In this document: positions 28,744 through 36,666 of the stretch, piece after piece
Position numbering within the stretch: position 1 is the first letter of the stretch
Layout of the letters: each line of letters opens with the position of its first letter
Assembly: GCA_963708135.1 (NCBI GenBank)
Contig: OY970192.1
Span: 4,704,001 to 4,768,000, forward strand
DNA from: an uncultured Gemmatimonadales bacterium
Lineage (GTDB): Bacteria > Gemmatimonadota > Gemmatimonadetes > Longimicrobiales > RSA9
Direction: 5' to 3'
DNA: 64,000 nt
Notes under the pieces: model-generated
Database searches by the model: none
What the model was told of the DNA's origin: nothing
Seen by the model: the letters and a program-made list of their open reading frames with translations, nothing else
Position numbers and translations under genes: made by a program

Positions 28744-30393
28744 ATGTCGTCCAGGCCCCGACGCCCGTGGATGGTCTTCTCCCGGTCGAAGCTGATCGTG
28801 GGCCTTCTCCTGCTCATCCTGATCGTCACCTCGACGCTCGCCTACCAGGCACAGGACGCCGCCCGGCTGCACCGGCAGACCGCCGAGCGCGCGCTGCGCG
28901 AGTATGCCGCGTTCGCGGCGTGGGAGCTGACGCGCCGGACCGAGGACCAGACGTACATGGCGCTCAAGGGGATCTTCCAGCCGCTGACGGTTCGAGCGGA
29001 CGACGCCGCTCTACGGGATGGTGTTACGCTGGTCCATCGGAACATTCTCGCGAACCGGCAGTGCCGCTGTCTGTTCAGTACCTCCTCCTACGTCTTCGGG
29101 TACGATTTCCGGTCCGGACGGCGCGTCGAGTCCGGGCGCGCGCCGGAGGGCATCGAGGCGCTCGCGGCAGCGGCCATGGATTGGGCCAGCGTTCCCATGG
29201 GGGAGTGGCGGGTCTCGCTGGCCTTTCCTCCCGAGTTCGGCGGCCGTGGACTCGCGGTCGCGTCGCGGAGGGATTCGGCGGGGCAGCCGTTTGCGGTATT
29301 CGGTTTCACGGTCGAGCGCTCGGAGATCACTCACCTCTTCGAGACCGCCATCCGCGTTTCGCCGCTGCTGCCAACCTCATTGCTCCGCGGGGCGGGGTAC
29401 CGGCAGATCCTTTCCGCCACCGTGGCGGCGCGTAACCGGCGACTATTCGCTTCCACGCCGGAGTACGAACCGCGCTTCGCGGCGCAGGACACCTTCACCT
29501 CCGCGTTAGGGAGCTCTGTTGTACGGGTCGCCATCAATCCCGAGGCGGCGAGCCACCTGGTTATCGGGGGAGTCCCGAAGTCGCGGTTCGCGCTTCTCGT
29601 GACGCTGGTCCTGCTCATCGCGGGCCTGACCCTGGTGGCCATCCACCAGCTGCGGCGGGAGGCCGAGCTCACGCGGCTGCGGACCGACTTCGTCTCGGGC
29701 GTCTCCCACGAGCTGCGCACGCCGCTGGCGCAGATCCGCATGTTCGCGGAGACGCTGCTGCTCGGCCGGGTGCGGACGGAGGCGGAGCGGCAGCGCTCGC
29801 TCCAGATCATCGACCAGGAGGCGCGGCGGCTGTCGCAGCTGGTGGAGAACGTGCTCCGCTTCTCGCGGACGGAGCGCAGGGTGGAGCAGGTCGCGCCGGA
29901 GACGACGGAGATCTCGGCGGAGGTGGCGGAGATCGTCGAGGGATACCGCCTCTACGCCCAGTCGCGGAAGGCCGAGGTGCGGGCGGAGGTGCAGGAGGGC
30001 GTGATGGTCTCCGTGGATCGCGGCGCGCTCCGGCAGATCGTGCTGAACCTGCTCGAGAACGCGCTCAAGTACGGGCCGGCCGGGCAGCGGGTGGTGGTCG
30101 GGCTCGCGCTCTTCACCGACGCCGCGCGCCTGTGGGTGGACGACGAGGGGCCGGGGATCCCCGCCTCCCGGCGGGAAGAGGTGTTCGCGCCGTTCTACCG
30201 GCTGGCGCGCGATTCCGGCTCGTCGGTGGCCGGGAGCGGCATCGGCCTGGCCGTCGTGCGGCAGCTCGCCGTCCTGCACCGTGGGCGCGCCTGGGCCGAG
30301 GACGCGCCCGGCGGCGGCGCCCGGATTGTAGTGGAGATCCCCGGCGCGTACCTTCGGCCCGTGGTCGAGAAGGGCGGCATCGAGGCCGCCTGA
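28744..30393 (+). CDS. Membrane sensor histidine kinase
   Basis: Two TM segments; H-box VSHELRTPL, N-box NLLENALKY, DEGPGI, F..FYR and GSGIGL; start 28744 or 28771. Confidence 0.92.
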   Translation: MSSRPRRPWMVFSRSKLIVGLLLLILIVTSTLAYQAQDAARLHRQTAERALREYAAFAAWELTRRTEDQTYMALKGIFQPLTVRADDAALRDGVTLVHRNILANRQCRCLFSTSSYVFGYDFRSGRRVESGRAPEGIEALAAAAMDWASVPMGEWRVSLAFPPEFGGRGLAVASRRDSAGQPFAVFGFTVERSEITHLFETAIRVSPLLPTSLLRGAGYRQILSATVAARNRRLFASTPEYEPRFAAQDTFTSALGSSVVRVAINPEAASHLVIGGVPKSRFALLVTLVLLIAGLTLVAIHQLRREAELTRLRTDFVSGVSHELRTPLAQIRMFAETLLLGRVRTEAERQRSLQIIDQEARRLSQLVENVLRFSRTERRVEQVAPETTEISAEVAEIVEGYRLYAQSRKAEVRAEVQEGVMVSVDRGALRQIVLNLLENALKYGPAGQRVVVGLALFTDAARLWVDDEGPGIPASRREEVFAPFYRLARDSGSSVAGSGIGLAVVRQLAVLHRGRAWAEDAPGGGARIVVEIPGAYLRPVVEKGGIEAA

Positions 30394-30416
30394 GGCACTC
30401 AGCGAGCCGGAGCGGC

Positions 30417-31112
30417 ATGGCGAAGGTGCTCATCATCGAGGACAACCCGGATCTCGCCTTCGGGTTGATCAACAATCTGGAAATCGAGGGTTACCGGGTC
30501 GAGCTGGTCGAAGACGGCGCGCGTGGACTCGCGCGCGCCATCGAGACGGAGCCCGACCTGATCATCCTGGACGTGATGCTCCCCAGCCTCAACGGGTACG
30601 GGGTGCTGCGCTCGCTCCGGGAGGAGGGGCTGCAGACGCCCGTGCTCATCCTGAGCGCGCGCGGCGAGGAGGCGGACAAGCTGCGGGGCTTCCGCTTCGG
30701 CGCGGACGACTACGTGACGAAGCCGTTCAGCCTGCTCGAGCTGCTGGCGCGGGTGGACGCGCTCATGCGGCGGGCTCGGGCGTCCGCCGAGTCCGCGGAA
30801 GTTGAAGCGCCGCGGGTGGAGCGGTTCGGCGATGTGGAGGTGGACACGGCGTCTCACGCGGTGCGGAAGGGCGGCGTCGAGGTGGCGCTCACGCCCAAGG
30901 CGTACGACCTGCTCCTCGCGCTGCTGCGCCGGAGAGGCCGCGTCGCCTCGCGGGTCGAGCTCCAGAAGGAGGTGTGGGGGCACCGCGGACTGGTCACCAG
31001 CCGGACCGTGGACACCCACGTGGTGGAGCTGCGGCGCAAGCTCGAGGACGATGCCTCCAGCCCCAGGCACATCCTCACGGTCCGCAAGGCGGGGTACCGG
31101 CTGGACGCATAG
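30417..31112 (+). CDS. OmpR/PhoB family response regulator
   Basis: VLIIED, LDVMLP, GADDYVTKPF and wHTH RTVDTHV..LRRKL...ILTVR..GY. Confidence 0.95.
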   Translation: MAKVLIIEDNPDLAFGLINNLEIEGYRVELVEDGARGLARAIETEPDLIILDVMLPSLNGYGVLRSLREEGLQTPVLILSARGEEADKLRGFRFGADDYVTKPFSLLELLARVDALMRRARASAESAEVEAPRVERFGDVEVDTASHAVRKGGVEVALTPKAYDLLLALLRRRGRVASRVELQKEVWGHRGLVTSRTVDTHVVELRRKLEDDASSPRHILTVRKAGYRLDA

Positions 31113-31187
31113 CCCCCTTGCCGCGGCGGCCGATCCGCCCGCTTCCCGGCACGCCCCTTCGATCCGCGCGCGCTCCTCCTCCGGGCC

Positions 31188-31248
31188 TTGACCGAACCGT
31201 AACAATCCTCCCACAGGTCTCTCACGCGACCCTGACCCGGCCATCACC
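31188..31248 (+). promoter_or_regulatory. Putative OmpR/PhoB-type operator: six half-sites at 11-bp period
   Basis: TTGACC(31188), GTAACA(31199), CCCACA(31210), CTCACG(31221), CTGACC(31232), ATCACC(31243): invariant AC at positions 4-5, T at position 2 in five of six. Confidence 0.55.
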
Positions 31249-31298
31249 TGCGCCGGGCCAGGGCGCGCTAGCTTCCACCTCACACAGGACAAACGGGC

Positions 31299-31631
31299 AT
31301 GAAACGACCGGAGACGGACATGAGCATCTTCCATCCACGCCTGAAGCGGACCTTCGCGGGGCGGCCCACGGACCGGGTCCGCGCCGCGGACCACGTGGTC
31401 TCTGCCAGCCAGGGCGACCGGACGGTGCTCCTCGACACGCGACGCGGGCGCTACTACGGAATGGACGGCGTCGGCACGCGGATCTGGCAGATCATCGGGG
31501 AGGGCGTGAGCTTCACGGAGGTCGTGGACCGGCTCGAGCGCGAGTACGATGCGCCCCGGCCGGTGCTGGAGCAGGACGCGGCGAGCTTCCTCGTCCGACT
31601 GACCACGAGCCGCCTGGCGGTGCGGGCATGA
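31299..31631 (+). CDS. PqqD-like RiPP recognition element (lasso B1)
   Basis: TVLLD..GRYYGMDGVG.RIW...L..EYD.......D..FL..L pattern; start 31299 or 31320. Confidence 0.88.
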   Translation: MKRPETDMSIFHPRLKRTFAGRPTDRVRAADHVVSASQGDRTVLLDTRRGRYYGMDGVGTRIWQIIGEGVSFTEVVDRLEREYDAPRPVLEQDAASFLVRLTTSRLAVRA

Positions 31632-32044
31632 GCGCTCGCCGACCCGGCGCTCCCCGGCCGCCCTCGGTGGCTGCGGCGGCGGTGGCTCTCGCGGCCGCGA
31701 AGCTGGGCCTCGCGGTGCTCGGGCTCGGACGCTTCAAGAAGCTGATCGAGCGGCTCACAGCGGCGCGGCCTGTGACGGACGCCATCCCTGCGGGACTGCC
31801 GGCAGAAACCGCGCGGCGGGTCGCCGTCGCGGCCGCGTTCTACCCGGGCCGGGCGCTCTGCCTCGAGCAGTCGGTGACGCTGTACCTGCTGCTGCGCCGC
31901 CGCGGGCTCCCGGTCGACCTGCGTCTCGGGGTGCACGTCTACCCGTTCCTGGCCCACGCGTGGGTCGAGCACGCCGGAACGCCTCTGAACGAGTCGCCCG
32001 AGTACGTGGCGACGCTCCTTCCGCTGGCGGCGGGTGCGCGGTGA
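31628..32044 (+). CDS. Lasso peptide leader peptidase (B2, transglutaminase-like)
   Basis: CLEQS, LRLGV...PF.AHAWVE Cys-His catalytic motifs; ATGA overlap with B1. Confidence 0.92.
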   Translation: MSARRPGAPRPPSVAAAAVALAAAKLGLAVLGLGRFKKLIERLTAARPVTDAIPAGLPAETARRVAVAAAFYPGRALCLEQSVTLYLLLRRRGLPVDLRLGVHVYPFLAHAWVEHAGTPLNESPEYVATLLPLAAGAR

Positions 32045-33882
32045 GCGCCTACCTGTGCGGGCTCCGGCCCACGGGCGAGCCGCTCCGCAGGAGCGACCTG
32101 TTCGGCCCCGTGGCGCGACTGGGAGGCGCGGAGGAGCCGCTCCGGTGGATCGAGACGGGGCCGTTCGTAGCGATGTCGCGGGATGCCTCGGCGCCCCGCC
32201 CGCTGCTGGCGCGCTGGCGCACGCTGGCCGGTGTGGGCGACGTGCGGCTGGACAATCGGGCCGAGGTCGCCTCCTGGTGCCCGGCGGCGCCGGACACGGC
32301 GAGCGACCTGGAGCTGGTGCTGGCGGCGCTCGACGAGATGGGCGAGGCGTGCGTTCCGCGGCTGCTCGGCGACTTCGCCTTCGCGGCATGGGACCCACGG
32401 GCGCACAAGCTCTTGGCGGCGCGGGACGCGTTCGGCGTGAAGCAGCTCTTCTACCGCGCCGAGGACGGCCTGCTGCTCTTCTCCTCACGGCTGGCCGCCT
32501 TCGAGGCCCCTGGCCGCTACGACCCCGAGTACATCGCGGACTTTCTGGTCACCGGGGGCGCGGCGCGTGACCGCACGATCTGGCTGAACGCGGGGTCGCT
32601 CCCCGCCGGGACCCTGCTCGTCCAGCGCGGCACGGTGCGCTCCACCCGCCGCTTCTGGGACCCCGCCGACTACGAGCCGGCCCCGGGTGGCGACCTCCAC
32701 GCGCTGCGGGACGAGTTCCGGGCGCTGTTCCGGAAGGCGGTCGCGCTGCGCGCGGAGCCCGGCGCGACGTGGGCGCAGCTCTCGGGCGGGATGGACTCCT
32801 CCTCGATCGTGGCCACCGTCCAGTCCATGGCGGCGAGCGGAGCCCTGTCCGGCGGGTTGAGCGGGACGATCACGCTCGTGGACACCCTCGGGAGCGGCGA
32901 CGAGCGGCTGTACTCGAACGCGGTGGTCTCCAGGTACGGCGTTCGCAACGAGCTCGTCACGGACTACTGGCCGTGGCAGGACGCCGGGGCCGGCGCACCG
33001 CGGACGGACGAGCCGCGTCCGCTCTATCCGTTCTTCGAGCGGGATCGGCACACGGCGGCGCGGGTGCGGGCCGGCGGTGGGCGCGTGCTGCTCAGCGGGC
33101 TCGGCTCGGACCACTTCCTCTACGGCAACCTCGGCTTCTTCTCCGACATGGCCGCGCACGGGCACGTCCTCGCCGCGCTGGCCGAGGCCGCGCGCTGGGC
33201 CGTGACCTGGCGGCAGTCGTTCTGGAGGGTGGCGGGCCGGCACATCGCCTATCCCTTCCTGCCGCGGGCGCTCAAGCTGCGCATGGCGAACCCGTGGGAG
33301 AGCCTGCCGCGCTGGCTGCCGCAGGGCTACGTGCGACGCTACGACGTCGCGCGGCGGCTCCCGATCATGCGCAAGATCGCCGGCCGGCCGGGGCGCAACT
33401 TCGCGCGCGAGACGGCGGATGAGGTGCTCCGGCTGCCGGAGATGATCGACCGCGAGCCGATCACGGACGGCATTGAGATGCGCTACCCGTTCCTGTACCG
33501 CCCCCTGGCCGAGTTGTGTCTCCGGCTGCCCATCCAGGCGCGTGTGCGGCCGGAGACCCGCAAGTGGGTGCTGCGGGAGGCGATGCGCGACGTGCTGCCG
33601 GAGACGGTCTACCGGCGGGTGCGGAAAGGCAGCATCGACGCCCGCATCCTGTGGGCGTTCGACCGCGAGCGCGGCCGGCTGGACGCCCTGCTGCGCGAGC
33701 CGATCCTGGCCGAGCTCGGCTGCGTGGACGCCGGCGCGCTGCGCGGCGCGGTGGAGGCGGCGCGGCGGGGCAGCGCGCCCAACCTGGTGTTCCTCGTCTT
33801 CGCGCTGTCGCTGGAGACGTGGCTGTCGGTCCGGCATGGCCGGTGGACGGCACGGCCCGCGGCCGCGCAGCCCGCGGCGTGA
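32041..33882 (+). CDS. Lasso peptide cyclase (asparagine synthetase-like, C protein)
   Basis: RLDNR, GDFAF, RD.FG.KQLFY, LSGGMDSS, SG.GSD, RYPFL and LREAM..LP; no N-terminal catalytic Cys; GTGA overlap with B2. Confidence 0.92.
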   Translation: MSAYLCGLRPTGEPLRRSDLFGPVARLGGAEEPLRWIETGPFVAMSRDASAPRPLLARWRTLAGVGDVRLDNRAEVASWCPAAPDTASDLELVLAALDEMGEACVPRLLGDFAFAAWDPRAHKLLAARDAFGVKQLFYRAEDGLLLFSSRLAAFEAPGRYDPEYIADFLVTGGAARDRTIWLNAGSLPAGTLLVQRGTVRSTRRFWDPADYEPAPGGDLHALRDEFRALFRKAVALRAEPGATWAQLSGGMDSSSIVATVQSMAASGALSGGLSGTITLVDTLGSGDERLYSNAVVSRYGVRNELVTDYWPWQDAGAGAPRTDEPRPLYPFFERDRHTAARVRAGGGRVLLSGLGSDHFLYGNLGFFSDMAAHGHVLAALAEAARWAVTWRQSFWRVAGRHIAYPFLPRALKLRMANPWESLPRWLPQGYVRRYDVARRLPIMRKIAGRPGRNFARETADEVLRLPEMIDREPITDGIEMRYPFLYRPLAELCLRLPIQARVRPETRKWVLREAMRDVLPETVYRRVRKGSIDARILWAFDRERGRLDALLREPILAELGCVDAGALRGAVEAARRGSAPNLVFLVFALSLETWLSVRHGRWTARPAAAQPAA

Positions 33883-33935
33883 ACGCCGGACCCGTTTCGA
33901 TGGAGACCTACTAAACCTCAGGAGGGGAGAGGACC

Positions 33936-34076
33936 ATGGAGCAGAGCAAGAAGGCGTACACGCCCCCGTCGCTGGTGGAGCACGGCAAGGTGGAGGAGGA
34001 GACGAAGGGCTTCTGCACGTTCGACTGGGAGTCGTACGGCGCCCAGCAGCAGGACCCGCAGCCGATCAAGCCGTAG
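33936..34076 (+). CDS. Lasso peptide precursor (46 aa): MEQSKKAYTPPSLVEHGKVEEETK-GFCTFDWESYGAQQQDPQPIKP
   Basis: Hand-translated; purine-rich RBS; YxxPxL leader motif, G at -8, Thr at -2; core Gly1 with Glu8 acceptor. Confidence 0.92.
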   Translation: MEQSKKAYTPPSLVEHGKVEEETKGFCTFDWESYGAQQQDPQPIKP

Positions 34077-34087
34077 ACGAGCCTATT

Positions 34088-34120
34088 GGCCGCGGACGGG
34101 GCGCTTGCCCGCCCGCGGCC
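34088..34120 (+). terminator. GC-rich hairpin after the lasso precursor (terminator or mRNA-stabilising)
   Basis: GGCCGCGG...CCGCGGCC stem 11 nt after the stop; no U-tract. Confidence 0.4.
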
Positions 34121-34391
34121 GGGAGATCCGACGGACGCGTGACGCTGGTGGTGTGGACGGTGTGGAGTGTCGATGGGTGCACTGGAACGGCACGAGGGGC
34201 CATCGCCTCCCACCGTCCCGCCACCGCGCCGCGCGGCTGCCGATGATCCGGAGCGCAGTCCCCCGGACGGTGCCTGGCGACCGAGCAGTCCGATTGCCCC
34301 GAGCCAGCTGGACCCGACCCCGCAGTGCAGCCCGCCCATACTCCCAGGCCGCCGTCCATGGGGTCCGCCGCGGGGTGAGCGACCGAGAAGC

Positions 34392-35231
34392 TCACCCCGC
34401 GGCAAACTCCACGGTCACGCGATGCGGGATCACGCCCTCCTCGAATCCCCGATCCAGGAACAGCTGCACCGCGCGCCGGCCGTCCTCGCCGTAATCCAGC
34501 GTGCGGGCGTTGACGTACATGCCGACGAACTCGTCCGTCTGCGCGCGGTCGAGCCCGCGGCCGTAGGACTCCGCGTGCGCCAGCGCGGCGCTCCGGTGCT
34601 GGAGCCCGTAGGCGATCGACTGCCGCAGGAGCGCGGAGACGCGCGCGATGAGCTCGGGACCGAGATCGCGCCGGATGGCGTTGCCGCCGAGCGGGAGCGG
34701 CAGCCCACCGGTCTCGCCGGCCCACCACTCGCCCAGGTCCGCGACGAGGCGCAGTCCCGCGTCCGCGTAGGTGAGCTGTCCTTCGTGGATCAGCACCCCC
34801 GCATCGGCCCTGCCGGCGGCCACGTAGTCCATGATCTCGTCGAACGGGACCACCACCGTCGCGAGCTCCGGCTGGTAGAGCCGGAGCGCGAGCGCGGTGG
34901 AGGTCATGGTCCCCGGGATGGCGACGGTGCGGCCCCCGAGGTCCGCCGCCGAGAGCGGCTCCCGCGCCACGATGCGCGGGCCGTAGCGCTCGCCCATCGA
35001 GGCGCCGTGCGGCAGCAGCATGTAGGTGTCGGCGAGGTAGGCGTAGGCGTGGATCGAGACCGCTGTGACCTCGAGCTCGCCCGCCAGCGCGCGGCGGTTC
35101 AACGTCTCGATGTCCTGCAGCTCGTGGACGAACTCGAGGTCGCCGGTGTCGATCTTCCCCTCGGCCAGGGCGTAGAACATGAACGCGTCGTCGGAGTCCG
35201 GAGAGTGCGCGACGCGGATCGTCCTCGACAT
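34392..35231 (-). CDS. mqnD: 1,4-dihydroxy-6-naphthoate synthase (futalosine menaquinone pathway)
   Basis: AHSPDSDDAFMFYAL, DIETLN, G.SMG..YGP, IHEGQLTY, DLGEWW...LPLPLGG and MYVN. Confidence 0.88.
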   Translation of the reverse strand: MSRTIRVAHSPDSDDAFMFYALAEGKIDTGDLEFVHELQDIETLNRRALAGELEVTAVSIHAYAYLADTYMLLPHGASMGERYGPRIVAREPLSAADLGGRTVAIPGTMTSTALALRLYQPELATVVVPFDEIMDYVAAGRADAGVLIHEGQLTYADAGLRLVADLGEWWAGETGGLPLPLGGNAIRRDLGPELIARVSALLRQSIAYGLQHRSAALAHAESYGRGLDRAQTDEFVGMYVNARTLDYGEDGRRAVQLFLDRGFEEGVIPHRVTVEFAAG

Positions 35232-35424
35232 GTGAAGCTCCGCTGGATCGGTGGACGGAAGCGGCGCAACGTAGGCGGGCGGACCTTCCACTGTCAAACG
35301 ACGGACGGGTCGGGGATGGCGTGGGGGTTCGGGTTCGACAAGGCCGGCTCGCCGGGGTGCGCGTGGACTGCGGCCCCGTAGCCCCGCGGCGAGACCGTTC
35401 AGGGGGGCGGCGGGTATTTCGGGC

Positions 35425-36666
35425 ATGGCATTTGGATTCGATCGGCCGGGCTCCGCGCCCGGCGCCGCGCTGGCCGAGCGGCTGAAGGCCGAGGGCCTGC
35501 GGCTGGGATTCGACGCGGTCGGGATCGCGGCGCTCGGGCCGAGCGACCACGCGGCGTTCTACCGCGCGTGGCTCGCGGCGGGACGCCATGGCGAGATGGC
35601 GTACCTGGCGCGGCCGGACGCGGTGGAGAAGCGGGCGAACCCGGCGCGGGCGTGGGGGCTGCGGTCCGCCGTCGTCGCCCTGCACGGCTATGCGCCGGAG
35701 GGCGACGATCCGGCCGGGGATCCCTCGCGCGGCGTGATCGCGCGCTACGCCCGCGGGCGGGATTACCACAGGGTGGTGAAGAAGCGGCTGCTCGCGCTGC
35801 TCGGCTGGCTGGAGGCGGAGCTCGGCCGTAGGCTGCCCGCGGCGCGCGCTTACGTCGACACGGGCCCCGTGCTCGAGCGCGAGCTGGCGCGGCGGGCCGG
35901 GCTCGGCTGGTTCGGCCGCAACACCATGCTCATCGACCCGCGGCGGGGGTCGTACCTCTTCATCGGCACGCTGCTGCTCGACCTGGAGCTTCCGCCGGAT
36001 CCGCCGTTCGAGGCGGACCGTTGCGGCACGTGCCGGGCGTGTCTGGACGCCTGCCCGACGGGCGCGCTGCTGGGCCGCAATGCGGCCGGCGCGCCGGTGA
36101 TGGATGCCACGCGCTGCATCTCCTACCTCACGATCGAGCAGCGCGGGCCGATCCCGGAGCAGCTGCGGCCGGCCATCCGTAACCGCGTGTACGGCTGCGA
36201 CATCTGCCAGGAATGTTGCCCATACACCCGTAAATTCTCACGACCGTCGTCCGAACCAGCGTTCGCGTCCCGCGGGCCGGGGGAAGCGCCGTTCGGCGTG
36301 CAGCTGGTGGCCGGCGCGTCACGGTCGCACCCGGGCACGCGGTCGCCTTCACTGATTGCGCTGCTCGAGATGTCCCTGGACGAGGCGGCGTGGGATTCGT
36401 TCTCGCGCGGCTCCGCGATACGGCGCTCCGGCAGGGCCGGATTCGCACGCAACGTGTGCGTCGGACTCGGCAACTGGGGCTCGCCAGAGGCCGTCGCCGT
36501 GCTCTCGCGGGCGTTATCCGACCCCGAACCGTTGGTGCGCGCGCACGCCGCCTGGGCACTCGGCAGAGTGGGCTCTGCCGAGGCCAGGTCAGCGCTGTCA
36601 GCGGCCGCGTCGGTGGAAACCGACGCGGCCGTGCTGGAGGAGTTGTCCGCGGCGATGGCCGCCTGA
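35425..36666 (+). CDS. queG: Epoxyqueuosine reductase; 3' part probably supplied by the integrated element
   Basis: ARYARGRDYH, VDTGPVLER, G.GW.G.N, CGTCRACLDACPT, CISYLTIE, GCDICQ..CP and RN...LGN with HEAT repeats. Confidence 0.93.
   Translation: MAFGFDRPGSAPGAALAERLKAEGLRLGFDAVGIAALGPSDHAAFYRAWLAAGRHGEMAYLARPDAVEKRANPARAWGLRSAVVALHGYAPEGDDPAGDPSRGVIARYARGRDYHRVVKKRLLALLGWLEAELGRRLPAARAYVDTGPVLERELARRAGLGWFGRNTMLIDPRRGSYLFIGTLLLDLELPPDPPFEADRCGTCRACLDACPTGALLGRNAAGAPVMDATRCISYLTIEQRGPIPEQLRPAIRNRVYGCDICQECCPYTRKFSRPSSEPAFASRGPGEAPFGVQLVAGASRSHPGTRSPSLIALLEMSLDEAAWDSFSRGSAIRRSGRAGFARNVCVGLGNWGSPEAVAVLSRALSDPEPLVRAHAAWALGRVGSAEARSALSAAASVETDAAVLEELSAAMAA

Noticed and set aside
32041..33882. 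Ordinary asparagine synthetase (asnB)
   Set aside because: Lacks the N-terminal catalytic Cys and is coupled to RRE, B2 peptidase and a lasso precursor.
156..34246. Numerous Arg/Pro/Gly/Ala-rich overlapping and antisense ORFs (e.g. 156-2744, 10288-12297, 14631-16457, 23819-25828)
   Set aside because: Shadow frames of recognisable genes in very high-GC DNA; no motifs.
21457..36666. queE and queG as part of a Dpd (7-deazaguanine DNA modification) defence system
   Set aside because: They lie among housekeeping genes, 13 kb apart, and no dpdA/tgt-like gene is seen; tRNA queuosine synthesis is the simpler explanation.
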